A stretch of DNA of 64,000 nucleotides from Minisyncoccota bacterium (GCA_965216295.1 OZ244141.1:4864-68863); one strand, 5' to 3'. Shown: positions 41,901 through 50,344, counted from the stretch's first letter. Made by a program: numbers and translations. The notes: generated by a model not told the origin, from the letters alone.

Positions 41901-44900
41901 TCACGTTACCCGCATAGTCTACAACATACGCACCAACCCTATACCATGTGTTATAAGGTCTATCTACACCCAGAGATACGCTTGGTATTTGTATATTCAA
42001 TCCGTTTCCGCTCGGCGTTGTTGTAATCTGTTGAGTTTGACTTCCCTCCTTTGATGGTAAGAACCAATCATCACCTTCTACAGTCTGAAATCCATTGACA
42101 CTGTCTTCTACTAATTGGTGGAATAGTATATAGTAGTAGTCAACACCAAAATTAAGATCTGTTGTTGTTTCTGATTTACCGCTTGATATAAACGTTATGT
42201 CAGTCTTAGAAGTTTGTTTGTCCCTACATTGACTTGTTTCTGGTGTTCGACAACTATCACTGTCTGGATTCAGGTTTAAATCTTCACTCCAAGGCTGAGG
42301 AGCTTGTGTATCAATAGATAGTGTTAATATTTCAGAAAAGTCAGATACGTTTCCTGCATCATCAACTTGTAGTGCAACAAAGTAAAAATCTTTTTCAATA
42401 TTTTTCTCATCACCATTTATACCCACAGTAGAGTACGCCTCAACATCTCGAGTACCATCACTCTCTGTGTTTTTATCTTTGAACAAGTTATTAGAACCGT
42501 ATATGTGAGCAGAAACGGTCGTGTGAGGGTCTGCTGGAGCATTTTGAATTGGTGTCAGTGTAGCAATTACTCCTTCGGGAAGCTCATAGAAAAGAAGTTG
42601 GTGTTTATCTATGTCATCACCATCAGATGGTGTGAGTGCAAAGGATAAATCCCTAGTTTTTTTTGTTATGTTATCATCGTCTGTCCCTACTCTAAATTCG
42701 TTTTCGTATTTCCCAAATGAATCATCCTCTGCAGCCAAGTCGGGTATGCGAGGCGCTGCTGGTGCTACGGTGTCTATTGTAATTGTAAGATCGCCTAAAT
42801 ATCCAGACTTGTTTCCAGCCTTATCTTCTATTTGGAAACGAATTTTATATGTACCATCAGTAAATGCATTGCCATTTCCAAAAACAGCATCCGTAGTACC
42901 ATCAACTGGACCTGAAATTACTTTTGATAGTTCGGTTAGTTCGCCTCTCTCTACATTATTATTACTATTACCGTCAACCCAAATGTATGTTGTTACTGCT
43001 GAGTTTTTTTCAACATTTACAATTGTAAAGCCTGGTGTTGTGTCATTTGTTTTATTATCTCCCTGTGTACCTGAATCACTTCCACTTGCGAGTGTGATTA
43101 CTGAAGACTCAGGTGCTTTTACGCCAGAGTCTACTGTGACATCAAAAGTTGGTGGCTGTATGTATTCTTCTACTGCTTTTATTACAACAGCTTTGAAGTT
43201 TGTAGTATTAATTAAAATAACAGTACCTTTCGTTACCAATAATGGAGTAGGATATATTCCCACTGGATATAAAACTGAGTTGATAGTCAATGGATAATTA
43301 CTTTCTGTTATTGTGTAGTCTTTCTTAAAACTTAATCTAAAAATAGTTTCTGTTAGTGTGGATGAGGACGGGTATATGCCTCTATCGGAACAATCACGGA
43401 CCTTATTGCTAAGGGTCCATTTACATATGCCATAATCCCCACGTATGTTTGTTATAATATTTTGACCGCTAGAAGTATCAAATACTTCCACAATCTCTGA
43501 TTCGTTTCCTGCATCATCTGTTGCGGTGGCTTGTATTGTATTAAGCGTTCCTTCAACTGATGAGTCGGTATCACTCTGCGGTACCGTTATTGTGTATTCA
43601 TTGCCACCGCCAGTACAGCCACTACCATCTGCCGTAGTTGTTGTAGATATGGATGAAGCGGAGGTGCCGATATATATTTTAATTGTTGAACCTGTCTCGG
43701 CACATCCTATGAAGGTTAGTCCAGCAGATAAGTCTTGCGTGTAGTTATCAGAGTCACCTCCTGCAAGTCCTTCCCTAAATGTATCGCTAGCAGAATCAAG
43801 ATCTATACTTGGAGCTGCTGGTGCTGCTGTATCTTTTGTAACTGTATGTGTCACTGACTGGCTTGTGTTCTCTGCGTTGTCTGTAATCGTAATAGAGAAT
43901 GTTAGAGAGCCATCTGTAAGTGTACTTAAATCAAGATCTTTTGATGCGACACCATTTCCAAAACTAGTGATGGTACCTGAAACTGCAACATTTGAAGAGT
44001 CGGTGACTGTGTAGGCAAGAGATGCTGCATCGGCCGCTATGTTTTCTACTCTTAAAGTGTAAGCAGATTGGTTGTCTATGTTTACATGAGTTGGCATAGC
44101 ATCGGAACCCGCAGTATCAAACTGATGTCCTGTGGGAGCTGTTGTGTCTATTGTAATTGTAAGATTACCGAGAGATTGTGTGGTTTTATTTCCAGCTTTA
44201 TCTTCTATGTGATGTGTAATAACATACGAACCGTCTGCAAGCACGGCATTACTAACAGAGTCATTTGAATTAAATACGTAGCTTGGAACATCATTTCCAA
44301 AGGCGACATTTACATTGCCGTCAGTTGATCCTTGCAATGTTTCTGATATGAGAATCGTTGTACCTGCTTTAGTTGCATATGTGGATACAACTGAATATTT
44401 TTCAACGTTTGTGACTGTGAAGGTTGGTCTGTTACTATTTGTTTTATTATCTCCTGATGTACCTGAATCACTTGTGAGTGTGGTTGCCGGAACAGGAGAT
44501 GTCTTTACTCCAGAGTCTATCGTGACACCAATACCAATTTGGGAGACAACAGTATCAGGAGCAAGATATCCTTGAATATTTCCGTTCTTTATAAAATATA
44601 TAAAAACAGTAGTTCCACTTTCCACGGTCACCGGTAAACTTAGCTCAGTGCTTTCGCTTCCATAAAGATCATCACCGATTCTCAATTTCATTTTGTCATC
44701 ACCCAAACTTGTTAATGTCAATCTTCTAGTAAAAGTCAACTTAGCAAAGAACCTATTATCCCCTTGTAAATTTTTTGAACCCACACGAGTACTGCAATTT
44801 AGATTGTACTGAGTAGGTTCAGTACCATTAGTAATATGGGATAAAGCGTTAATTAGAGCAGCATTACAATTACTATAGTATCTGCTGTCTGATACTATAT

Positions 44901-47142
44901 TTTCAGAAGTTGAGAGTGCTTCTGTCTCTGAACTATTTCCCGCATCATCTGTTGCGGTGACATGTATTGTATTAAGTGTTCCCCTAGCTGAGAATGATAC
45001 ATCAGCTTTTTGTACGTCTATAGTGTATTCTTTACCATCAGTACAAGAGTCGCCACTTGCTAGTGCTGTATCTGATATGGGATCAGCATCCCCATCAATA
45101 TATATATTAATTGTTGAATCTGCCTCTGCACATCCAGTAAAAGTCAAAGTATTCGAAGCTTGTGTGTAGTTATCAGAGTCACCCCCTGCAAGTCCTTCCC
45201 TTGATGTATCGGTTGTAAGACTTATACTTGGAGCTGCTGGTGTCACAGTGTCTACTGTAATATTTTTGCTTCCGTATGCTATGTTTCCACTTGCCGTTTC
45301 TGTCCCTCTGATACAAATTGTTTTCTCTCCTTCTGACAATCTTGAGTCTTTGTTTTGTATAACATCAGCTGTAAATGTTGTTGTTGCATCACACGTAGCA
45401 TCAAAACCATCTATAACAGCAGATGAAAATGTAAAACCTTCAGAGAGTTCAAACAAAGAAAAAGCGTTATCATCTTTACCCACTTTATTTAAATAATAAC
45501 TCCCATTGTTTTCGTATAGATTAGATGAAAGTGAAATTGTAAAATCAGATGCCGTTGTTTGTTTAGCAAAACGAACTTTTTCATCTACCGTGTTGCCTGC
45601 TGCATCAGTTGCTCTTGCACAGATTTGATAAGTACCATCATTCTCTGATTCAAAACTTGATATGAGGGGTGCTGCATCTTTTGTGATGCTGCTTGCACAA
45701 GGTGTATTTCCAGAAGAGATGAGTCCAACTGCAGTTGAATATTTTACTGTTGCAGCATTGGTGTCTGTTGCGGTTATTGAGAACACAGGATTGCCCCCTG
45801 AGTTTGCAAGTGTTGTTGTTGTAATGGCAGGAGTAGTTCCAGATGTGAGAGCTGAATCAAAGGTGGGTGTACCAAATGTAGGATCGGTCTTGTCTATCGT
45901 GACAGATGTTCCATTAAGAGAAAAAGATGTCCAATTCTGAGTCCCCATTTTGTTTGATGGTGTTGCTGTATCCCCAAAACCAGATACAGTAAAATCGTTA
46001 ATAGTAAGTAGTTTCTCATCCCCATCCTCAATAGTAGTCCCATCATCACCACCAATCACATATGTAGCTAAAACAGTGTTTCCGGTGATATCTTTGGAAA
46101 AGGCTGGTTCTGCCAAAAAATACGCGATTGCATTATCATTAAAAGCGAGGGTTTCATCAAAGGTTATTAGTACTTCGATGGTGTCACCGTCGTTTGCATA
46201 TCTGTTATTCCCAGATGATGGCAGACAACCCGTACACCCAGTAATTTCTACACCAGTTACTGTCGGTGGAGTGGTGTCTGCTGCTTGTGGTACTGCATAT
46301 GCCAAAGGGGTACCGTAAGTGCCTGGAAGTGATGATTCATCTTCAACTAATGAATAACTAAAAGTATAATCTTCTCCCGAAGATAAATCTACTGTTGGGC
46401 GTAAAAATAATTTCGTATCTGTAGGCTTGTAACCTTTTATTATAGTTGGTGATGAAGATACAAGAAATTTTACTGTCCAATCACTTTGCACTGCCACCTT
46501 GTTTTCTTCTGTAATGTCAGGACTTCCGTCAATGTTGTAATCAGTATATGTTCCATCAGATTTCACCACCCTTGTTGGGAGGTTCGCATCATTTTCACCT
46601 TGCACACTTGTTAAGACCCAATTTTCTTTAAGATTAAATTGAACAATAACACGGGCAGTAGCAAAAGGGAGCACATAGGTAAGTGCATTAAAATTACCAC
46701 AGGCAACGGTGCCTTCACCTCCAAGAGTAATATTGGGTTGCAAAAATCCTGTCTTACACTCCTCTGTGTCATCACTCACCAGCGCAACACTAGCGGGCAC
46801 TGGAATAGCACCGTGAGTATAACCAGTTACTTTTGTAAGAATATTCTGAATAACTGTTGCAAAATCTGAACTGCCAGATGCTTCCCATTCTGTATCTTGC
46901 TGGGCAATTCCTACGAAAGATTGAACTGCAAAAAAATCACCCGGTTGACCCGTAATACTTATCACAGGTCTTGCCGGGTTTGTGTCATCCTCAAGGATAG
47001 GAACAGATGTTGTACCAACTGCAAACACAATCTGAATAAAAAGGAAGGTGCAGAAAACTACCAACAAACTCGCAATCACTTTTGGAACAAGTGACGTTAT
47101 AAGTTTTGACAAACCTTTAGGTAATAAAATTTTTTCCTGCAT
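35995..47142 (-). CDS. Giant secreted Ig-like repeat surface protein 3 (3715 aa) with C-terminal peptidoglycan-binding domain
   Basis: Signal peptide (...QIVFA); SDSGTxGDNKTN, DDAGN and TIDT.AP repeats; same PG-binding tail. Confidence 0.9.
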   Translation of the reverse strand: MQEKILLPKGLSKLITSLVPKVIASLLVVFCTFLFIQIVFAVGTTSVPILEDDTNPARPVISITGQPGDFFAVQSFVGIAQQDTEWEASGSSDFATVIQNILTKVTGYTHGAIPVPASVALVSDDTEECKTGFLQPNITLGGEGTVACGNFNALTYVLPFATARVIVQFNLKENWVLTSVQGENDANLPTRVVKSDGTYTDYNIDGSPDITEENKVAVQSDWTVKFLVSSSPTIIKGYKPTDTKLFLRPTVDLSSGEDYTFSYSLVEDESSLPGTYGTPLAYAVPQAADTTPPTVTGVEITGCTGCLPSSGNNRYANDGDTIEVLITFDETLAFNDNAIAYFLAEPAFSKDITGNTVLATYVIGGDDGTTIEDGDEKLLTINDFTVSGFGDTATPSNKMGTQNWTSFSLNGTSVTIDKTDPTFGTPTFDSALTSGTTPAITTTTLANSGGNPVFSITATDTNAATVKYSTAVGLISSGNTPCASSITKDAAPLISSFESENDGTYQICARATDAAGNTVDEKVRFAKQTTASDFTISLSSNLYENNGSYYLNKVGKDDNAFSLFELSEGFTFSSAVIDGFDATCDATTTFTADVIQNKDSRLSEGEKTICIRGTETASGNIAYGSKNITVDTVTPAAPSISLTTDTSREGLAGGDSDNYTQASNTLTFTGCAEADSTINIYIDGDADPISDTALASGDSCTDGKEYTIDVQKADVSFSARGTLNTIHVTATDDAGNSSETEALSTSENIVSDSRYYSNCNAALINALSHITNGTEPTQYNLNCSTRVGSKNLQGDNRFFAKLTFTRRLTLTSLGDDKMKLRIGDDLYGSESTELSLPVTVESGTTVFIYFIKNGNIQGYLAPDTVVSQIGIGVTIDSGVKTSPVPATTLTSDSGTSGDNKTNSNRPTFTVTNVEKYSVVSTYATKAGTTILISETLQGSTDGNVNVAFGNDVPSYVFNSNDSVSNAVLADGSYVITHHIEDKAGNKTTQSLGNLTITIDTTAPTGHQFDTAGSDAMPTHVNIDNQSAYTLRVENIAADAASLAYTVTDSSNVAVSGTITSFGNGVASKDLDLSTLTDGSLTFSITITDNAENTSQSVTHTVTKDTAAPAAPSIDLDSASDTFREGLAGGDSDNYTQDLSAGLTFIGCAETGSTIKIYIGTSASSISTTTTADGSGCTGGGNEYTITVPQSDTDSSVEGTLNTIQATATDDAGNESEIVEVFDTSSGQNIITNIRGDYGICKWTLSNKVRDCSDRGIYPSSSTLTETIFRLSFKKDYTITESNYPLTINSVLYPVGIYPTPLLVTKGTVILINTTNFKAVVIKAVEEYIQPPTFDVTVDSGVKAPESSVITLASGSDSGTQGDNKTNDTTPGFTIVNVEKNSAVTTYIWVDGNSNNNVERGELTELSKVISGPVDGTTDAVFGNGNAFTDGTYKIRFQIEDKAGNKSGYLGDLTITIDTVAPAAPRIPDLAAEDDSFGKYENEFRVGTDDDNITKKTRDLSFALTPSDGDDIDKHQLLFYELPEGVIATLTPIQNAPADPHTTVSAHIYGSNNLFKDKNTESDGTRDVEAYSTVGINGDEKNIEKDFYFVALQVDDAGNVSDFSEILTLSIDTQAPQPWSEDLNLNPDSDSCRTPETSQCRDKQTSKTDITFISSGKSETTTDLNFGVDYYYILFHQLVEDSVNGFQTVEGDDWFLPSKEGSQTQQITTTPSGNGLNIQIPSVSLGVDRPYNTWYRVGAYVVDYAGNVRAGSDTTNIKVLEAPPIPENIDLSSDDDTAGVADDDNITSDNDVWTISGEFPKTQGEKNFDIETTVTLVQISIGYPTTDGTSNVRTVDIPKPDDGWASTGSGDDTIYQFSEAISLNENGFVGIDGAYEIRARTFNASGEEGASSDALNVTLDTIVPVAEDLLTFKYAYNKIVENNSNTQHTFTASRNDASDVRDIEIVRINDDDTESNIYNEGNYVFNASNIFNGSYTTLGDLPLTIGYKLVDAAGNISDLIILPIVPVEISIYDVEGDATQYVAVDDTSSSTILKKSEGCVSDGYDSYTEGTVVNISEATVCFQSSLTEGRYETNSYQTSSNAESSLIPDFSVVADEDTGVSNNDRITNVVSPDLQGVTLPNTPARVIHDGYQSVYNEVFTGGINALGNNNRHTGYSDSISGTDKTGFGIAPASGTSFTLGEGTSEESNVVIKTITYIFDDTEASVQGIAYQFNIDTYTFFNKKAYIRITNEESGKSYDVKSWTGIGNTGSITGVEFTRIAELKEPIEPGSSITKGQAFFTGQFRVEVFEKAKTEIYNGTADDNGLINIPATELQEGVNNFLGYVTIDGSEIGPTTLPTITLDTKSPAVPEFTPSALLTGTTTKYLNGANIYSTGTPASLGSVTAVTGVSNNYALVDATTECDSSVIDYTEEITNDNAGLIDGDKKICVKNSDIAGNTVYGSTNITVDTTAPEITIIKVGQDSSSNDEFIAVANDLTSTTIQSFQTDEANSAAAENCSAQGYSSSYTSYTGGTISTNNQICFKATDAAGNIGYKNSKRASSLISDFSVVADEDTGVSNNDRITNVVSPDLQGVTLPNTPARVIHQSVYGGVITSGGQTGDNNKHTGYSKNNLRVSNLGEAPGGIISFTLGKGTSEEKNVVIETITYLFNTLTALEINGIAYRFNIGTDAFFEKAYIRITNEESGKSYDVKGWSTSGNFGSTTGVEFTRIAELREPIEPGSSITKGQALFTGKFKVDVFEKNETEVYNGTTDDNGLINIPSTELHEGINTFSGYITIDGSEIGPTTLPTITLDTKSPAISKFTPSALLTGTTTKYLNGANIYSTGTPASLGSVTAVTGVSNNYAIVDATTECDSSVIDYTEEITNDNVGLIDGDKKICVKNSDIAGNTAYSTSNSFLFTVDITTPNITIIKVGNDTFAATVSDLTPTTIQSFQTDKANSAAAENCSAQGYSSSYTSYTGGTISTNNQICFKATDAAGNIGYRNSKRAIEGIASITIDDSAPGTSRDDKRYTKANSVTFKGQTSPNTEVKLYIALEGNTDWSESNALHVLTTNSGTDGSFVSESVSLSSGDYDVAGSIKPSADSPHTTVVKVFDLVIDNSAPVIRITSFTIPAIRVQAEEYVRLSVTGLCGTNTPLSDFLTGSKTITLTSSNGSALEDGFVYNNCAVQAEDYAGNVASTSIGTFTVDTTAPVQTGFPFVQSGVTKRLSFTVTDANELQIINNNAANTRIQNTFTREVAVPSAAEVGTRSTGLFVADLSGNSIELLVRVDNQAPTVSVREQFNVSNKRKPYLEVTVARNQASVFATEEEILTPVFAGKCSDFSVIEGQYISTSNDSADYTITINSPSSETYDDCTIQFTDEAGNLSNAITLDSFRIASSGGSGGGNGSRSIKAPEIVTNGDEVTETPVEEEVVTDKAPALPTTQETLLFTKPLKLGDEEKEVKQLQQFLNNQGFTVTDQGAGSPGQETEYFGPATKRALEQYQEAYKEEILTPLGLSAPTGVLGPATIQHIQEQTEQPIPEEEVIIIQPDRGDTTTGTITMLRKAINALLERITTLRTQKQEDVDERERQVEIEKQAVIETERREEFDRFIDLNIDSAFRYPDSLSAPSIQVSTPPLPIEVPKPAERKVEEKRQPVVQPTQGTILQESTTQSTNLPSRVFSAPEAYFTNGNAPTSSQDDVPQEKDQKVENQQSGGGGFQGSFFPRVEVERDALRFNGEGF
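36040..37353. repeat. Second copy of the shared 3' block
   Basis: Matches 23594-24949. Confidence 0.95.
38190..40895. repeat. Intragenic tandem duplication, two ~1.35-kb units (~38190-39530 and ~39531-40895)
   Basis: The stretch 'DFSVVADEDTGVSNNDRITNVVSPDLQGVTLPNTPARVIH...FKATDAAGNIGYxNSKRA' occurs twice with long identical DNA runs. Confidence 0.95.
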
Positions 47143-47198
47143 ACTATTCTCTATAGAAAGAATACCATATAACCTGTGCGTATTTTGTATATATTAAC

Positions 47199-47930
47199 TT
47201 AATCAATATATTGTAATATTTCAAGATCAACCAACGCATTCAATTCATCTTGGCTGGCTTTTCTAGAGAATATTTTTGAGAAAAACCTTACAAATGACAC
47301 TTTTAATGAGCTTTTTGCCACCTCCCCGTCTTTTAAGACATATTTCTCTATACCGTCCTTGTTTTTAAGAACCAATGATTTTGTTTGGTTATCAACATAT
47401 ACTCTCATTTCTGTATAACCAAACAGTATTGGCGTCTCAACAGTTACCGCACCACTTTCTTTGTCTACAAACACTTTTATATCTTTACTACCCTTTCTGA
47501 TAACAGCATGACCATCACGAAATGAAACATTCTGATCATCAAGGAGTGACCTGTATTCCTGAGAAACCAAAACACCTTTATTGAATTGACTCAAAGTCTT
47601 TTCGGTAACAATCGACGCCACATCCCCATCTTTGTTGTAAAAAATCTCAGTACCGTTTACCTTTTTTTCAAACACCCTTTTCCCATCGTCATCAAATGCC
47701 TCTATCCTGCCATCAGGAAAATACCTTTTCTCCAATTTCTGAGAAAAAAACTGCTCTACAACACCTCCCTCTGACCGCACCCATCTTGTGTAGCCATCTG
47801 TCTCAACATACTCACTGGTAGTCGTCAGTTCTGTGGCAACCTCCTCTGGCACCTGAGCATTCGCGGTACCGACAAAAACAAAAGCTGCTACAAAATACAA
47901 GAAAGGTAATATAACCATATATAACTGCAT
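47199..47930 (-). CDS. Secreted hypothetical protein with beta-hairpin-like repeats
   Basis: Signal peptide ending ANA; repeated '..FPDG..', '..DDDG..', '..NKDG..' turns. Confidence 0.7.
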   Translation of the reverse strand: MQLYMVILPFLYFVAAFVFVGTANAQVPEEVATELTTTSEYVETDGYTRWVRSEGGVVEQFFSQKLEKRYFPDGRIEAFDDDGKRVFEKKVNGTEIFYNKDGDVASIVTEKTLSQFNKGVLVSQEYRSLLDDQNVSFRDGHAVIRKGSKDIKVFVDKESGAVTVETPILFGYTEMRVYVDNQTKSLVLKNKDGIEKYVLKDGEVAKSSLKVSFVRFFSKIFSRKASQDELNALVDLEILQYID

Positions 47931-47992
47931 AGTAACATATAGATATACCCCCTCTTATATCCATTATGTGGAGTATGGTATCAAAAATGAGT

Positions 47993-48649
47993 CTAAATAC
48001 CTGATCCTGAATCCTTTTTCTCACCCAGACTTTTAAGTACTCCAGAGAAAGATTTCCAAATGCTCTTTTTCTCAGAATTATTAAACCACTTTTCTAACAC
48101 ATATTTTTCCTCTGTATCATTGATACGCAGACTGTCTAAGCTAGCTACATCTTTTGCCTTTTGGTACATCTCATCCTTGCTAATATTATTTGCTATTCCC
48201 TTTTTGATATCTTCATAGCTTTTACCAGCCAATTCTAATTCTAACGCCCGGTAAGAAATATAATGAATCAGTACAGCAAATATTGCAGATCTTTTGTTAC
48301 CATCCATCAATCCTTTTGGATCATCCGGTGCATGGCATTTTATTTTTGTAAAAAATAACTCTGCTGCTATATAATCTACCTCTGCTATTCTTGGCTGAAA
48401 ATATGGAAAATTGCAAGATATAGCCCGAAACAACTCTTTCATTGCAGACATCCACTCATCTTTGTCTATAGCAAAAGAAGGTTCTTTTTTTTGACCATGT
48501 TCAAATTCCTTAAACGCGTCATAAAAAACCGTTTCTATAAGTTCAAGCGAAAAGCTTGAATAAAGATCAATATTAGATTTATTCTTTTGACAACTTCCTA
48601 ATAATATCCCCATACGTGTGAAATGCTTTGTTTGCAGCGACTTTTCCAT
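47993..48649 (-). CDS. Doc/Fic-family toxin with variant motif (start may be Met at 48613)
   Basis: 'AAELFFTKIKCHAPDDPKGLMDGNKRSAIFAV' resembles Doc 'AA.....i.k.H.F.DGNKR.A' with a loop insertion. Confidence 0.7.
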   Translation of the reverse strand: MEKSLQTKHFTRMGILLGSCQKNKSNIDLYSSFSLELIETVFYDAFKEFEHGQKKEPSFAIDKDEWMSAMKELFRAISCNFPYFQPRIAEVDYIAAELFFTKIKCHAPDDPKGLMDGNKRSAIFAVLIHYISYRALELELAGKSYEDIKKGIANNISKDEMYQKAKDVASLDSLRINDTEEKYVLEKWFNNSEKKSIWKSFSGVLKSLGEKKDSGSGI

Positions 48650-48731
48650 GTTTAATTATGTTCTTCCTCTGTTCTTCTGTTAGAGAACTTTTAAAATCTT
48701 TTATACGTGTTGAGTTACATGTGTTTTTCAT
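48579..48731 (-). CDS. Putative small antitoxin for the Doc-like toxin, 50 aa (not in ORF track)
   Basis: MKNTCNSTRIKDFKSSLTEEQRKNIIKHGKVAANKAFHTYGDIIRKLSKE*; the C-terminal Y-x3-[IL]-x2-L-x-K helix resembles Doc-neutralising tails; overlaps the toxin start. Confidence 0.6.
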   Translation of the reverse strand: MKNTCNSTRIKDFKSSLTEEQRKNIIKHGKVAANKAFHTYGDIIRKLSKE

Positions 48732-48937
48732 AACAATATACTACCCACCTATCAATAGCACTACAAACAAAGACTAACTATCAAGTTCATGATAGCACGA
48801 GGAATAGCGTCACACAACCATATAGGATATGTGGTGTAGAGAGCAGATATTGATAGCAAAACCAAAAAAGTAACTCTATTTGTATGTATTTAGGGAATAT
48901 GGGCAATGGGTGGTATAATTGACATACAGAAAGTAGT

Positions 48938-49426
48938 ATGACCAAAATAGATACAATCAAGTATCAAAACGCAATTTTGTATTTTATACAACATTGTAAC
49001 AACGAACACCTCGGTGCCACCAAATTAAACAAGTTGGTGTACTACTTAGATTTCTTGCATTACAGAGATGCCGGCAAAACCGTAACGGGAGATATATACA
49101 CGCACAAACAGTATGGTCCTGTTCCTAATTCCATAGATTACATCATTAATCTCCTTCAAAAAGAAGACAAGCTAGCCGTCACTGAAAATCCTTTTAACGA
49201 TGAGAATAGTGGACATCGGAAGAAGTATGAAACAAAAGTAGCCTCTGATACGTCTTGTTTTGATAAAGAGGAATTGAAGCTTTTACAAGGTATCTGCAAA
49301 GCATTCGAACAGTATAATACTCAAACAATTGTTGCCCAGACACACCTGGAAGCCCCTTGGTTTTACTCCAAGCCGCATGAAACTATTGATTATGAATACG
49401 CAAAATCAATAGATGTGAAAGTTTAG
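48938..49426 (+). CDS. Panacea (DUF4065/SocA-like) antitoxin
   Basis: 'TKLNKLVYYLDF.HY...G..VTG..Y....YGPVP' and 'TH.EAPW'; TGGTATAAT upstream. Confidence 0.9.
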   Translation: MTKIDTIKYQNAILYFIQHCNNEHLGATKLNKLVYYLDFLHYRDAGKTVTGDIYTHKQYGPVPNSIDYIINLLQKEDKLAVTENPFNDENSGHRKKYETKVASDTSCFDKEELKLLQGICKAFEQYNTQTIVAQTHLEAPWFYSKPHETIDYEYAKSIDVKV

Positions 49427-49434
49427 TATGTGGT

Positions 49435-49848
49435 ATGTGGGAACCGCAAGAATATAAACAACGACCAGAGTTTCAAAAAACAGTAAAAAAACTAAAATTG
49501 AATCCTGCGGTTGAGAAACATCTTGTAAGTTCCATAGATAATTGGTTGCAGAGTGAACACGATCATTTAATAGCATTACCAACAAAAAAACTTTTATGGC
49601 AATCTAAGGATAAAAACGTAAAAATATTTTGTGTGAAAATACCAAGTCCAGACAGACAATCTGGTAAAAGTGGTGGGTATAGATTAATCGTAATTTATTC
49701 TATTAGTGAATGTGTTGCAGAAGTTGGGAAAATTTTTGACAGAAGAAAGCTCGGCTTTAAAGGCAGTTCTGGTAAAGATGATAGTAACTATGATGAGCAT
49801 ATTGCTGATTTAAAAAAAGAATACACACGCGAGCCCAAAGAGTGTTAA
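49435..49848 (+). CDS. RelE/HigB-like mRNase toxin
   Basis: 'PEFQKTVKKL' and 'VKIPSPDRQSGKSGGYRLIVIY'; 8 nt downstream of the Panacea gene. Confidence 0.75.
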   Translation: MWEPQEYKQRPEFQKTVKKLKLNPAVEKHLVSSIDNWLQSEHDHLIALPTKKLLWQSKDKNVKIFCVKIPSPDRQSGKSGGYRLIVIYSISECVAEVGKIFDRRKLGFKGSSGKDDSNYDEHIADLKKEYTREPKEC

Positions 49849-49885
49849 TTCTTTATCAAAACCCAAAGCTTCGCCTAAAAAACTG

Positions 49886-49974
49886 CGGAGAGGGAGGGAT
49901 TCGAACCCTCGGTACGGCGTAAACCGTACACTCGTACTCCAAACGAGCGCCTTCAGCCACTCAGCCACCCCTCC
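49886..49974 (-). tRNA. tRNA-Ser(GGA)
   Basis: GGAGGGG/CCTCTCC acceptor stem, G discriminator, CTCGT-TTGGAGT-ACGAG anticodon arm, long variable arm, GTTCGAATC. Confidence 0.95.
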
Positions 49975-50338
49975 TATGACGATCCAGAAAAGACTGCAGA
50001 ATAACTGCCGCTGCCTCTGCGTCAGTACCTCGACCAAGTCGCTTAGTCTGTTTGGTTGAATAATACTCTGGTTCGTAATGTACTACCAACCCTTGTTTTT
50101 CTAAGCTAGAGACAATCTTATGGATAACTATCATAACCTTGTTCTTCTCCCCTTTCAGGTTGTACGACTCACCAACAACAACCTCACTAATGGCACGCTC
50201 TTTGCAGTACGCGAGTATAGCATCTTCAACGGTTTCTGTGAGATGGGTAGCAACAGGAAAGGCAACCGTACCACCGTCGTCAGAGACGGCAATGCCTGTC
50301 TTTTTTGTACCAACGTCAATACCAAGATATTTTTTCAT
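49961..50338 (-). CDS. ruvX: YqgF/RuvX family nuclease (start corrected to 50338)
   Basis: MKKYLGIDVGTKKTGIAVSD, VVVG, E.YST, 'DAEAAAVILQSFL'; the ORF-track extension runs through tRNA-Pro. Confidence 0.92.
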   Translation of the reverse strand: MKKYLGIDVGTKKTGIAVSDDGGTVAFPVATHLTETVEDAILAYCKERAISEVVVGESYNLKGEKNKVMIVIHKIVSSLEKQGLVVHYEPEYYSTKQTKRLGRGTDAEAAAVILQSFLDRHRRGG

Positions 50339-50344
50339 ATACTG

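Noticed and set aside
17496-47142. Shufflon or invertible cassettes, RTX/type I secretion, and the many plus-strand ORFs
   Set aside because: The repeats seen are direct, there is no invertase or GGxGxD repeats, and Sec-type signals are present. The plus-strand ORFs are antisense shadows.
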